Assembly: GCA_043228905.1 (NCBI GenBank)
Contig: JBHGNT010000003.1
Span: 9,920,001 to 9,984,000 of the forward strand
DNA from: Azolla caroliniana
Taxonomy: Eukaryota; Plantae; Polypodiophyta
Reading direction: 5' to 3'
Length of the DNA stretch: 64,000 nt
The notes beneath the pieces were generated by a model. The model searched no databases and was not told where the DNA came from. It saw only the letters and a program-made list of their open reading frames with translations. Positions 38,001-51,962 of this stretch are shown one piece after another. Position 1 is the stretch's first letter, and the number at the start of each line of letters is the position of its first letter. Both the position numbers and the translations under genes were made by a program.

Positions 38001-40622
38001 AGCGGCCATATCAATGTTGCAGAACAACCTTCTTCTTCTGGACCTAATATTTGGAGACTTATGATGTGTCTAGTGATGGGATCATCCACCCAAGCATCTG
38101 AATATTCTAAAATGTCTCGGTCACGCATTCCGCCGACTTGATTTGAAACTTCCCTAAGCATCAACATATCAACACCAATCTTATTGCAAAAAGGAAACAA
38201 TGGATGTCGTAGAGCAAGCAGAGGAAATCAGTAAGCATTACAAACACAAAAAGGACATCGCAACTTCAAGCTAGAACATAAGAAAATCATCTAAATATAA
38301 AGGTATGTTTATTGTGAATCTTAAAGGTATGTATAAAGCTATATACATGTTAATCTTATCATTTGTAAATGCTGAAACTCTTGAATTAAAAACAATCCCA
38401 TTTGGGGATACCAACATGAAGTATCTCCCTCACTACCAAATGGCTAATAGACTTCAAAGCCAACACGGCAGTTCCATGTAGAGGAATGTTCAATGTTATA
38501 TGAAAACAGGACACCTGCTCAGAGTATATGACCATCGGTGATGATCCATTTTATTCCTGATAATACCATGGGATAACGATGCTTTAGCCCAAACTGTTCT
38601 CAAGATGATGGATCCAAAAGGTCTCTCCACTCATTAGTGATGCTTCCAAATGTGCAATTCTGGTTCAAAACTAGGCCCAAATATGCATTCTATAAAGAGG
38701 TAACAAAAAACAACGATATCAAATACCCCAACTTAGAATGGGCTATTGGAGTTCTTGAGAAACACCCAATCTCCCTTAATGGACTGTCAAAAACTTTGTG
38801 GAAATCCAAAAAGAAATAACAAATACATCTGTTATGGGCACTATCCTCCTCAATGATAGCTCTTTTTGAAAATATAAGATCCAGAGTAGAGAACCTCCTG
38901 AAACCTGCTTGTCCCTCAGCTCTAAGACTTTTAAGCTCCTTCTCAGCTCATTCTTTAGTATTCGCACAATAGTGGTTGCACATTTAAGCCTCACAGATAA
39001 CTCTATTGAACATTACACCAAATAGGCCTACAGACAGCAATCATGTTTTGGGCATGAGTAACACGTGGTGCACCTAAAGCATCATGATTCTGTGCCATTC
39101 CTGTGCGCAATTTCTCAATAGCTCACTTCACCACTCCTGCAGAAGAAAGTAGAATTGGAAGGGCAGGGCACAAATGGATCTGGAAGAGGTGGCAGCTATG
39201 GGACATTACACAAAGTAGTTTTATACTCCCACCATATATCCGCAGAGGTGAAGGTGGAGATGGAAACTGTTCCATCATCAGTTGCCACATCTCCCTAGAA
39301 TTTCGACTCATACAGAACTGGTGAATATTTTTCTCCAACTGAGATAGAAATACCTTCTTCTGCCTACCAATGAGATGACAAAAGAAGATGCGTGACAAGT
39401 TGTGCATTGTGAGGCCCAGACCTACCTCTCTCTGGGGTCAGGTTCTCATGTCTCATAGGCTGATTTCATTGATAGATGTTTCTTCCTTTCTTTCTCCCTT
39501 TCTTTCTTTCAACACTTCTCACCATTTTGCCCTCTTAAAAGACATTAATATATCTTTCTTTCTTTCACCAATACCTGAAAATCCATAGGCAGAGCTTCAT
39601 AATATCTCAGTCAAGATCATGTCAAATCTGTAATAAGGGGATAGCCCTTGGGAGAATCATAAAGAATAATGCCTCTCATAAGGGAAATACCAAAATCAAT
39701 CTAGTGAGAGGACATTCTCCGTGGAGGCACAAAGAAGTTGCAGGAAGGGGTGTATGATAGATCATGAGCCTATTTATGATAGATCATGAGACTATAACAT
39801 CATGCTAATAGAAGTACCATTGTTGTTTCCATATAGCAAGGAACTAGAGACAGGCCTGGAGAAGGAGACAAATACCTATCAGTTTCATCAATGGAAATTC
39901 TGAATCAGCTTCATCCATTTAGGAAGTGGATAAGTGATGCAACTACAAACCTTAGCCCCACTTTTTCTTTCATTTCCTTTTCTTTATCACCTCCTAAAAA
40001 TTTATATACTTTCCACAACAAAACTAATGGGCATATCATATTTTATAAGCAGCTGAGCTAATGGACATATTTATGCCATTTGGACTAATTAACTCCTTAA
40101 ATACATGATTATATGTATGCTTGTAATACAGACACAAATCAAGAACCTATTTTTGAGCCATCGTTATAAATTTCTTTTGACTAGTAAAATTTTTTGGGGC
40201 TGGTTTCTACAAACCCATTATGCCAGGAACTTTCTAGAGTACAGCCATTGGCTTTGTATGGTTTTCAAAGTAATACAGAAATTTCGTTTTCAGATAGTAA
40301 TAGGGTTACATTCTACTTGAAGTACGTACCTCGATTTCCGAAATGCAAGAGCCTTCTCTATTTGAGCATCACTGGGAAGACTAATCTGGAGGGTATTCGA
40401 ATCATCTTCTTCAACCCTCTGCCTCTTGAAGGAGGCAAGCCATTTCTTATCAACAGTTGGAAAACGCCTGCAGATCCAAACAACAAGGGATCCAAAGCAT
40501 TGAGCATGAAGAACTGATAAGGAAGTGGACTGCCAAAAAGAAAAAAGAAGAAAGCACCTTGAAAAGACAACATTGTTTGATGTGTTGAGAACCCAAAATG
40601 CACGAATGCTGCATCCTTGCAT
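35020..40622 (-). CDS. AP5M: AP-5 complex subunit mu; exons 40558-40622, 40330-40467, 37824-38153, 37480-37742, 36436-37349, 35718-35774, 35020-35145 (630 aa)
   Basis: CSIRAFWVLN...VFSRRFPTV, WVDDPITRHII, QPAWKPYLYKGKQ, FSPPLGNF and SGDYILWNSLG are hallmarks of plant AP5M. All six introns are GT-AG and phase-consistent. Confidence 0.92.
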
Positions 40623-41224
40623 ACTGCATGCAATTTTTATAGGTCTTTTGATATTAAGATTTTTGGGCAGTAGTTTTCTGAATTGCAGTGTGCTGCCCCA
40701 TAATTGTTGAGCATTAGAGAGTGAATTCTGTTTCTACAAAATAATTGTTTTGACAGTTTGAATGAAGACGCCTATTCACTATCATTCTCCTCTACGATTG
40801 ATCAATTACCTGTCAGAAGACTAAAAAAGCACATTCATTCCTGCTCATGACTTGCTGCCAAAAACAACATATTGCCCAAATAAAATGTGTGAAATGTACC
40901 TCCAATTATGAATAGAATCCATAACCATTTTCTATAATATCATTGTTACCCTTCATCAAACTTGAGTCCAAACAAGTAGGAGCTAATCACAGTTCAATTG
41001 TTTTCTCAAAAAAGAAATAAAGAAATTTATATTTATGTTTCTCTTATGAGACCAAGCAATAGAGAAAAATGTGCCATTATTATATTATTATCCACTTCAT
41101 CTTCTTTTAATTAACTTGATTAATGTATGTGTAGGTTCATATGATTAGAGCTATTACACACAATCCCAGACATACTTAGGGCAAAGATTCATATGACCTC
41201 ACATCTCGTTACTGGCAGCAAACG

Positions 41225-42084
41225 TTGTTTATGACTATGTGGCCCTTGGTTCTCTTGAGATTGCTGTCATTCAGCTGGATAGGCAGGCTTTCGAAAGGGG
41301 ATCGCAACTTTAGATCACATAATGACCCTCTTGCCCCTTACAGAGGAGGGCATGAAAGAGATGATGTGATGGTGTGGTTAGATCCAAAACACCAAGGGAG
41401 TGGGCTGCTGTGTGAGGAGAGAGAAAGTAGAGAAAACTACGCAGAAAATGGAGAATAAACCCTAGCCACTAAAGTCCCCTATCTCATTACGGAGGTTTGG
41501 AACGAATTATTATTTATAAGCAACTTTTAGGTCATTTTGGGATGTTCACACACGGCCTGTAACCCCTCAAACTGGGGCCAAAGTAAATGCCTGTAACCTA
41601 ACAACTCCAACTACATGAGCAATGTCTGGCCAAGTGGCAACCATAGCTTACATAAGGGCAAGCTGATGCATATGGAATATTCTTCATGTAATTGGCTACA
41701 TCATCATCTTTGGGACGATCATTCTTGAAAATCCTAACATGTAGCTGCAATGGCACTCCATGCAGCCAAGCATCAGCCACATTAAATCTGTCCAGCACTT
41801 TTTCAATGTACTTTTCTTGGGATAAATGCAAAGTATATGCCTACCTATCCCTTTTTATTCGCATACCAAGAATATGCTTAGCTTCCCCGAGGTCTTTCAT
41901 TGAGAATGCACAATTCAGCTGCTGTTTAAAAGCATTCAGAGTGCTCTTTTTCTTCCCTGCCAGCAAGCAGCATATCATCTACACACAGTATGAGAACAAT
42001 TGGGCTGCCATCTTCATCCTTTTTAGTGTACAGTCAATGTTCTGCATGGCTTCTTCTGAACCCATGTCTGGGCATAAATGCATC
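41225..42084 (-). mobile_element. Degraded Copia RT fragment (about 41595-42084) next to an LTR-like remnant (about 41225-41590)
   Basis: FSMKDLGEAKHILGMRI...LSQEKYIEKVLDRF...IPYASA on the minus strand. Confidence 0.7.
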
Positions 42085-45000
42085 TATTGAAAAATGAGAA
42101 TACCACCTTTATTCTCTAGAATATACATATATGTCACAACAGGTGAGAGAAAACACAGAGATCACTTTTTACATGAGGAGAAGATTCCTCTTAAAGGCCA
42201 AGATCTGGCCGTTGGGATAACTAGCCGTTGGGCTATAACTTTAATCATTCTCAACACTCCCCTCAAGATGGGCGAAAGATATCCACTAAGCCCATCTTGT
42301 CACACAATCTAGAAAGACTTACTGGCCCAAGTCCCTTTGTAAGACAATCTGCTACTTCATCTTCAGTAGAAACATGACTCAATTTTAATATTCCACTATC
42401 AAGCTTCTCCTTGATAAAGAATCTGTTGATTTCAATGTGCTTGGTCCTATCATGTTGTACCAGATTGTTGGCAATGTTGATTGCTGACTTATTGTCACAC
42501 CACAGCTTCATCTGATTTTCTTGATTCATCTTTAGTTCTACTAGGACAGTTCTCAGCCACAATATCTCCGCAACTCCTACAGCAATAGCTCTATATTCTG
42601 CTTCTGCTGTTGACCTTGCTACTACCAACTGTTTCTTACACTTCCAAGAGACCAGAGTGCCCCCAACATACATGTAGTATCCTGATGTGAATTTCCTATC
42701 ATCAGCACAACTAGCCAAGTTAAAATCAAAATAGCCCTCAATGTTAAAATGACCATGTTTTCTAAAGATCAATCCCTTCCCAAGGGCACCTTTGAGATAT
42801 CTCAGAATCTGGAAAGATCTAATACATCTTTTCGTTGAGATAGAACAACTCCTTCAGCCCCATGAGCTACCGCAATTCCAAGAAAATATCATTGCAACCC
42901 CAGATCCTTAACCTAAAACTCTTTACCTAGTTGCACCTTCAGTTGGGCAATTTCTCCTTCATTGTTACCCGTGATAATTATATCATCCACATACACAGCA
43001 AGTAATGTAATATGCTGCTTTTGTTGTCGGAAAAACACGGTATGGTCGCATTGATCTGCTGGTATCCCATACCCACCATAGCCCTACTTAACCTGTCGAA
43101 CTAGGCTCGAGGAGATTGCTTCAATCCAGAAAGCAACTTCCTTAGTCTGCACACCTTGCCTACTATTTGAATTGTACCAAGACCTAGGGGGATATCCATG
43201 TACACTTCCTCCATCCACTCTCCATGAAGGAATGCATTTTTTACATCTAATTGATGTAATTTCCAATCCTTATTCACTACTAAGGAAAAAAGCGTTCTAA
43301 TAGTGCTCATCTTGCTATGGGTGCAAAAGTCTCATCATAATCAATGCCATATGTATCCCTTAGCCACTAATCATGCCTTGTAACAATCAATTTTGCCCTC
43401 TAGGGTCTATTTTATTGTAAATACTCAACCGACTTCTTTCCTGGTGGTAATGATATAACCTCCCAAGTTTTCTTCTTCTCAAGAGCTCCGAGTTGTTCTT
43501 GCATAGCTGCTTTCCACTTTGGATCTTCTTTAGCAACTTGCCAAAACTTGGGTAAAGTGACAGAGTCTAATGATGCAATGAATGCTCTATGTGTAGTTCA
43601 TATATTAGAATAAGTGTAGTTCATATATTAGAATAAGAGATAAACTGAGCAATATCATGAGGAAAACCATAACGATAAGGAGGGACTCCTAGATTACTAC
43701 AAGAGGTTCTCCTAACCACTATAGGAGAAGGAGAGGAAATCATATCACCTGTGATTTCTAGGTTTGGGAGTTCTAAAGGTATTTCAAAAGTCGAGGCAAG
43801 TTAGGACATGGGACTTGACGGCACAAGTGGCACTGCAGACGTGTTCATATTTCCTTCCTTTTGCCTCTTCCTCCAGGTATACACCTTTAGCTCCCCCTTA
43901 ACTCGAGTCCCAACACATGCAAGTTCCTCGTCTTCTTTTCCTTCTTCTTCCTCATCTCCTACGCTCACTTGTTTCTCAACTGGTGTAGGGATCAACAGAG
44001 GAATTGGTCCTATTTTTAGCAACCTCTCACCATTATCTCTTTCCCTCATATTTTCAGTCTCAATTAAGTCATCAAACGCTAAAATTACCTCTTGTTTATA
44101 ATATGGCTCCCACTCTAGGAAATGCACATCCATGCTCACAAATAATCTCTTCTCCACTAGACTTCAACAAATGTACCCCTTTTGTGTGGCAGAGTATTCC
44201 ACAAATACACATTTCACAGCTCTAGGATCAAGCTTTCCAATTGATGGTCTACTGTCCTTTACAAAACACACACATCCAAACACCTTCAAAGGAAGGATCC
44301 CAAAGTTATGTCCTTGCAACAACTCACAGGGAGATTTACACTCCATTGATCAATGATGCCATCAAAATTGCCTGTCCCCACAACTGGTTTGGGACATTCA
44401 TAGAAATCATCATGCTTTTTGTTACCTCTAGGAGATGTTTGTTCTTCCTCTCTGCTACTCCATTTTGTGCCGGTGTATATGGGCATGTAGTTTGATGTTG
44501 TATTCCTTGATCTAACAAGTATGCCTATACTCTGTTCCATTATTAGACCTCAACACCTTTACTACTGCACCATATTGAGTTTGAACAGCTCTATGAAAAT
44601 CATTAAAGCAAGCAAATACTTCATTCTTATTTTTCATCAAATATAACCAAGTAACATGAGAGAAGCAGTCAATCAGAGAAGCAAATTCACATGCATCACA
44701 AACAAGTTTTGATTTATCAACCTTTTCAAAAAGGTGTGGATACATACGACTCAAAACCCTATAAGAGGTATCTCCCATACGTTGTTGGTAAAGCATCAAC
44801 AAGTCCTCACAACTCATTTTATACCCCCTTACATTTGTTCCCTCTACCATAGATGCTAATGTTGAATCCAGCCCTTCACGATCCAAATACCATAGTCTAT
44901 TATGCCATGTGCTAGTCCCAAGTCTCCGACCTGTCCATTTCTCTTGGAATGTCACCTTGGGAATATCAAAAGAAACAACACATTTTAGTTGGAGTATGAT

Positions 45001-45910
45001 AGAACTTATGGATAATAGGTTTACTAGGAAAGAAGGAGCATGCAACACATTAGACAATGTCACAAAGTCGGTACATTTCACTGTACCTATACCAACTAAA
45101 GGTTGTGTTGTATCGTCAACAGTTTGAATGCTCTCCGGTATTGCTAAGTGAGTATATGCCGAGAACTTGCTAGCATTACCCATCACATGCCTAGATGCAC
45201 CAAAATCAATTATCCATTCTGGCATAGAGGCAACCGCAAGAGTATGTGTGTTAGTAGTACCTTTGGCGGAATAAGCATAGGTAGCAACATTATCCCTTTG
45301 CATGATTGCGGCTCTTTGCTTCCTCCAAAGTTTTTCTAAGAGAGCTTGATCCTCTTTGGTGAACAGCACCTTAGCTCCATCCTCTTGTTGAACTACCATC
45401 AGGTTTGCCGAGTGACCTCCTCTTCCACCTCTTCGGCCCCCACAACCGCGACCTTTAGTTTGTTCACATCCTCCATATTCCAGAAGTCAAGGTGGTGATT
45501 GTGTTCCCGTCACACCACCAGACGCTACAATCTCAGCCTACTTCATGTATTTTACCAATGTTTTCAACTGATCCTCATTCAAATTTGACAACACCTCATG
45601 CATCTTCCCAACCTAGACTATCTCTTCTCTCCTCTTCTGACTTCTTTTCTGAAGTCACCTCTCATTCACATAGCATTGTCATCCTAGGAGACGCCTCCAT
45701 TTCATCTCTTGGATGTTAGGACTGTGTTGTTCCGTTCACTGTTACACTAGCAGAGGGGCGGATCTAGGGTTTGGCAGAGGGGAGGATCTAGGCTCTGATA
45801 CCATATTGAAAAATGAGAAAAACGCCTTTATTCTCAAGAATATACATATATGTCACAACAGGAGAGAGAAAACACACAGATCACTTTTTACATGAGGAGA
45901 AGGTTCCCAC
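42085..45910 (-). mobile_element. Degraded Ty1/Copia element G (Ale/Retrofit-like)
   Basis: 3' LTR 42085-42256; partial 5' LTR from 45804. PBS TGGTATCAGAGC ending at 45803. PR (WIIDFGAS), IN (PYTPAQNGVAERKN), RT (HQLDVKNAFLH) and RNaseH (HDRTKHIEI) with deletions and frameshifts. Confidence 0.9.
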
Positions 45911-46513
45911 AAATCAGGTAAGATCATTAACCAATGTTTCCCACAAATCAAGTAAGATCATTAACAAGAAGATGGCCTTAAGCTTATCATCGAAGGGAGG
46001 TAATTCATAGTCCTGCAATTGTGAGAGCGTATTGGGCTAGGGATATCAACTCTAGCAGATACTTTTATATTGCCAAGACCTTTGTAAATACCTTATACAA
46101 CCCACCCATCAAAAAATAGCTCACCATTGATGAAATGACTAGAGTGATGCCATCTTTGTGACTAATATTCCAAGCTTGAGACATACAGCCAGAATCCCAA
46201 CACTTGAACATTAAAGCCAGAGCCCCCTTCAAAAGGTTGGAATATCGCTTAAAAACTCATTTGTCAAGCAATCCCATGCAAGGTTCTTACCACTAGGAAG
46301 ATGCTTTAAAATTATGTCCACCTCTATGAGATCCATGTACAATACATCCAACCATATCGTGAAACTTGTGGCATGCTCTAATTCTCTCATTAGTCAAGAA
46401 TAATTAAAGACCAAGCAACTCCTTAAGGTAATGAATACATATTGCAATTATTGTAGACAAATCCATTATAAATTCCTCCTATTGTTTTACGTGTATCACA
46501 TTAGTGAAGCATA

Positions 46514-46736
46514 TGTAGGATGTATATGCTATAGAGAGTGGATAGGCTAAATCCTAATTTACCCAAGAGACAATTGATGTGTATAGTTGTGAAGTATAAA
46601 TGGCAAGGTGTATAGACATGGATCTGTCTCTCACCTTTGCAAAGAGGTGATCGAGTGGACTGGTGCCCTTTCTTCCTTAATTTCCTCTTTCATTTTGCTT
46701 AACGTTAATTAAGATTCTAACAATTGGTATCATAGC
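46514..46736 (+). mobile_element. Truncated LTR with Met-type PBS (start approximate)
   Basis: ...TTCTAACA at 46722 followed by TGGTATCATAGC; TATAAA inside. Confidence 0.5.
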
Positions 46737-46989
46737 TTTGCCACACTATAAGAGTCTCTACCTCAAAACAATAAAGAAAAGAGATGCCCCTTCATGAAGG
46801 TAGCTAGCCTTCATATATAGGCTCATACCTTAGGCCCTTGTGTGTGTTTCCCACTTGGTTGCTTTTTTCATAAATAGTAGCCACGTGATGAAACACTCTA
46901 AAGATATCTCTCACTGTGGGATTGAGATAACTCAATCCTCACCTTTCATCTTTACAAATTAGCCCACAATGCTCGTAACAAGAATTGTG

Positions 46990-47420
46990 TGACACAAGAA
47001 GAAAAATTCCCAGAGTGTGAAGATTTCCCTACGAGCTGGACAGAACATGCTATTGTGCCAATCTTCAAGAGCAAAGACACTCAATTATGCCGAGCAATAA
47101 CCCTAAACTCTCTGGAGGGACTAAAAAGGCATTGGAAGACCTTTAAATCATATGTACAGACAAATGATTGTCAGTAAACCTAAATAACAATGGTGTTTAA
47201 CATCCCTCAGGCATGGGAGACAGATCCAGAATTCTTCTTGGGAGAGGAAAAAGTTGGCATACACATTATCCTACACATAACTAGGAGTAATATGCATAGG
47301 ACCTCAGTTCTCCATATGTGAAGCTGCCTATGCTCAACTTTTTTGTGGATATGCAGCCTTTGGTGCACTCAAAAGACAATGTGCACAAATAAGATTCCAA
47401 GAGCCACCAACTAACTTGTG
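46990..47420 (+). mobile_element. Degraded RTE-like LINE fragments
   Basis: FPTSWTEHAIVPIFKS and NSLEGLKRH segments are typical of non-LTR RT. Confidence 0.55.
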
Positions 47421-47893
47421 ACTATTTAGTATGCTTGTCACACACACTCTTCTCCATGGAGTAGAAGCTTAAGGACCTAGTCTTCACAGGGCGAATCAAT
47501 GGAAAGATTTGGAGAGACCATTACTGTCTCCAAATAATTAATTATCAACCCAACCAAACACAAAAACCATATCTGGCCACCAGCATTTGTGTTCACGTGC
47601 ATGAACATCACCACCTTGACACACTTACCTATCAGAGAGTAAGCAAAACATTGATGCCCAATCAAAAGGCAAAGAAATAGTTGTGATCCATGAATGCACA
47701 ATATTATTGATCGTTGGTACCCAATAGGCATACAGCGACATGTAGAGGAGATGCAATAGAGCAAAAAAGTAGCTTCGAATCTCTGTCTCTGCGTGCATCC
47801 ATCGTGAAAGCAAAGCAAAGGCTTCTTATCTATCTGATAAGCTATGAGAAGCAGAGATAAAATGAGATTGATTAACATTATCCAGTAGACATA

Positions 47894-47925
<32 letters not shown>

Positions 47926-47991
47926 CGAACAATAAAATTAACTTCGAGTTTTCTCTAGGAAGATGGTTGATCGATGACTAGGCTGACATAC

Positions 47992-48250
47992 CTGCAAAGA
48001 TGAAAGGCAAGCGGTCGACTTGAGAACAGGGAGGAAGAACTACGAAGGGGGATCGCTGTTGGAGAAGAAGGTTGAATCTGAGTGGAGGTGTGCGCAATGT
48101 TCCTTCCTTCAGTTGAAGATCCGGCCTTCTCTGCTCTCTCTGTCGGTCTGTTTGTTTGATCGCTTTTGGCAGGCGACGTGAGGGAGTGAGGTAGGTCAGG
48201 CGCTGCCCCCACCCATCGCCATCGCCATCGCCATCGCCAGACTGCTTTTG
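47992..48250 (-). other. Putative non-coding first exon of AP5M
   Basis: CpG-containing, CT-rich 5'-UTR-like sequence ending in a CAG|GTATGT donor at 47992/47991; candidate acceptor TGACAG| at about 40810. Confidence 0.4.
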
Positions 48251-48319
48251 CTTGCTTTCTTACTTACACATGTGACATATCATAGATTCATATGAAAAGA
48301 AAAAGAAAAAGAAAATAGA

Positions 48320-48320
<1 letters not shown>

Positions 48321-48350
<30 letters not shown>

Positions 48351-48399
48351 CTTCTTCTTCCTTGAGGAGTGTTTGTGTGTGTGTGTGTGTGTGTGTGTG
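48321..48399. repeat. (CTT)n and (GT)n microsatellites
   Basis: Perfect simple repeats. Confidence 0.9.
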
Positions 48400-49110
48400 G
48401 TGACCAAAAATGACCTGACCTCCCCAAATGACTTGATGATCTCAGACACAGTCTACAAAATGTTCGTTCGAAGACCCTCTCTCTCAGAATGTTCCAAGAC
48501 TCTCTCTCTCACAATATTACATATGGAGCAGTTACAAAAAATGATCAAAGTTCTGAGACACATATTAGGGAGATCATAAGTTCAAGTCATATTAGGGAGG
48601 TCACCAAGTCTTAGTCCCAATCCCAAAAGGGGTGTCGCCATCGTATGTCCCAACCCTGTCCCAATGGGTAGTCTGAAGGGACAACCCAATGTCTAGCCAC
48701 CAAACAACTAGTCCCAACATCCACTTTTGGCCTTATATAAGGAGGATCATTTCCTCATTATGGTCATTCCAAAATTCTTAGATCCACTTGTATTGCTCAA
48801 GGAGTGTGGAATTGTTGAGAATGAAGCTCAACTTGGTCTAGTGTGTGAACTCACCTTGAGAGTGAATAGACACTCCAACAATCAAGAGTCACCATTATGT
48901 CACCACTTTGTATTCTAGCATTTAGTATGAGTCATAGAATCATATTCTATGACACATAACTTATGAGCTTTCACATTCCCCATGCTCCATGAGTCTTGTA
49001 GTTAATGAAGAGAGGGTGACTATATAAAGCACCCTCCTCCCACCTTGTATAATGTTGAGTCTTTCTCCTTTGTTTATATACTTTACCTTGTGTATTCTCT
49101 GTGTCTTACT

Positions 49111-49180
<70 letters not shown>

Positions 49181-51150
49181 CATACACACAGTTCATATCT
49201 ATCCCGCTGCATAGAATCCATCTCTTGATTCTTTACATGGTATCAGAGCGACTTGGTAGCTCGATCTAGCCCATCCGCGTGCGCTGTGTCCTACGTTGAC
49301 GACCAAGAACCAGCTCATCGCTATCGTAGCTTCGCTACATAGCTCGCATTCGAAGAGAGAAGAAGAAGAAGAAGAAGAATCAACATAATGAATACTCAAA
49401 TGGGGAGCGCTCTCCCTACCGAGAAGTTAGATCGAAACAACTTCGCATCTTGGGAGTACAAGATGCAACAATACCTTGTCGGACAAGGCTATTGGAGCTA
49501 CATCAAAGGAGCACACGAAGACCGACCCGTCGACACGGCTCCCGGATACGCGACATGGGAGCAAGCCGCAAGCCGCGTGATGTATTGCTTGACGACATGC
49601 GTTCACGATCACATGCTCGGCTACATGGGAGCTTCCACTCTGGCCGGAGCCATCAAAACACAACCGAATGCAGATATTGCGGAAAACTTGGCCACCACGA
49701 AGAAGAGTGCCAAAAGAAGATGTGTGAATCAGTTTCCACAAGCCGACAACTTACGAATTACGCACACAATTCCGACTACGAAGAGTATAGCGGAATGTAC
49801 GGGCACAACTCCGACTACGAAGATCGTGGCGGAATGTATGCACACAACTCCGACCTTGGTGGAATGTTCATGATGAAACATAGAGCAAACTCTATGTCGG
49901 CCTCTACCTCAACTAGTGCCCTCAATCCGGAGGACGTATGGTTTGTTGACTCCGGAGCCTCAAACCATATGACATCTCATAAAGAATGGTTTCTTGAACT
50001 TCGAGAGCCGGAGCGACCCGGTTATGTTGAAACCGAAGATGACACTACACACCCGATTCGGCACATCGGCAATTTTCCGTTCGGCGAAAGAGGTAAGCAA
50101 ACATACATTAAAAATGTCTTGCATGTTCCCACCATCATGAAGAATTTGGTCTCGGTCGGCCAAATGGTTGAGCAAGGGATGCAAGTACGATTCGACCAAG
50201 AAGGATGCTTCATCGAAAAAGAGGGCCGAATCATCGTGCGCAGAAGAAGAGAGGGCCAGATGTTCATTCTCGATTCACACGAGATGAAATCCGCCATGTT
50301 CGCAAAAAGCACGAAAGCCGACTCCGACATAGAGATATGGCACAAGCGAATCGTCCACATTAATCTCAACAAACTTAGAGCAATGAAATTGAAAGGAGTC
50401 GTCATCGGACTCCCGACATTCAAAGAGAAGGAGATTGAAGGTGTATGCGAAGTGTGCCAATTTGGCAAGCAACACCGACACCCATTCCCGAAAGAGCGGA
50501 ACGTGAGCAAAGGTCTACTCGACATAGTCCATTCCGACGTATGGGGACCGGCGCAGACGGCTACATTCGGCGGATGTCGATACTACGTGCTCTTCATCAA
50601 CGACTTCTCCAAGCACACGTGGCTCTATCCGATGCGGCAAAAGAGTGAAGTGTTCGGACACTTCCAAAGATTTAAAAACGAAATCGAAAAAGCCATTGGT
50701 CGTCATGTACGATGCCTTCGATTGGATGGCGGCAAGGAGTACTTCTTGGATGATTTCACGGCGTATCTCCGAAAGGAAGGAATTCGGCGAGAATTCACTT
50801 GTCGACACACTCCGCAACAAAACAAAGTAGCCGAGTACAAAAATCGGCACATCCTCGAAGTAGCGTGGGCCATGATGAACGAGAAGCACATGCCCAAGTC
50901 ATATTGGGCTGAAGCTGCAAATACGGTCGTCTACCTAATGAACCGGTGCACAACATTCGGAGTGCACGAGGTCACTCCGCACGAGAAGTTCTTCGGAAAG
51001 AAGTCGGACCTATCGCATGTTCGGATATTCAGCTCCATTGCGTACGTACACATCTTTGACGAAAAGCGTTGTCGTAGTGTAGGTTGCACACTATGTGGAA
51101 ATTATATTTTTGTCCCTCCGGATAGAGAATGGAGTGCTCGGTGAGAACCG

Positions 51151-51300
51151 GAAGAAAACGGCATACCGGCAAGGAGGGAAAACGGCATACCGGCAAGAAG
51201 GAAGAAAACGGCATACCGGCAAGGAGGGAAAACGGCATACCGGCAAGGAGGAAAAAACGGCATACCGGCAAGGAAGAAAACGGCATACCGGCAAGGAAGA
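51151..51300. repeat. Six tandem copies of AAAACGGCATACCGGCAAG(G/A) in the D LTR (also 57707-57856)
   Basis: Core CGGCATACCGGC at 51159, 51183, 51209, 51233, 51258 and 51281. Confidence 0.95.
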
Positions 51301-51347
51301 GCCGGATAAAGAGACATAAATGTAAAAAGAAAGGAAATACTCACTAC

Positions 51348-51415
51348 TGCGCAGGGCGTGATTCGAACTCTGCACCTCCACGTTGACAAACCCCAACCTT
51401 ACCATTACATTAACT
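51348..51415 (-). promoter_or_regulatory. tRNA-like Pol III A/B-box cassette, antisense in the D LTR (also 57904-57971)
   Basis: Minus strand reads AGTTAATGTAATGGTAAGG...GGAGGTGCAGAGTTCGAATCACGCCCTGCGCA, with a B-box-like GAGTTCGAATCA. Confidence 0.55.
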
Positions 51416-51962
51416 TATCTTAAGTGTTTTAAATATAGATTTAATACGTATAAGACCTTTATTTATGCATACCTTTATTAAAAGGTAAATCGTGTATTTT
51501 TTTAATATATGAAAAAGAAAAACGCGAGACACTAAAAATAACTCATGCACATCTAGCGTGCATGAGCCCTATACTTAGGAAATAAAAAAGCATCACATGC
51601 ACATTTAGTGGACATGAACACTAAAAAAAAAAAAAAAAAAAAAAGCATGAAGCCATGCTTAGCTCTTCCTTCCTTATATAAGGAGGAGAGAAATATGTAA
51701 AGGGTTGTTGATTATTTGGATTAAGTATTAATTAATACAAAAATTATTCGTGGGATTCACGATTTATACGTCTACTTCTCTCTTAACACCCTAAGTACCA
51801 ATTAATATAGTATACTCGTGTGATTCACGAGTTTCTTATCTTTCTCTTCGTTATTTATTCATAATTAATCTCTATCTCACGAGCTTCTTTCTCCTAGTCC
51901 AAGACCTCTGTGGTTCCCACCCGACTCACGCAACGATCCGGAGCCGAAAGGCACGACACAGT

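Noticed and set aside
48961-49269. RERERE/SLSLSL ORFs
   Set aside because: Artefacts of the (CT)n microsatellite in the Copia H LTR.
51029-51405. Repeat-rich ORFs (LPVCRF, RHTGKE)
   Set aside because: They are translations of the LTR tandem repeat in several frames and recur in the 3' LTR.
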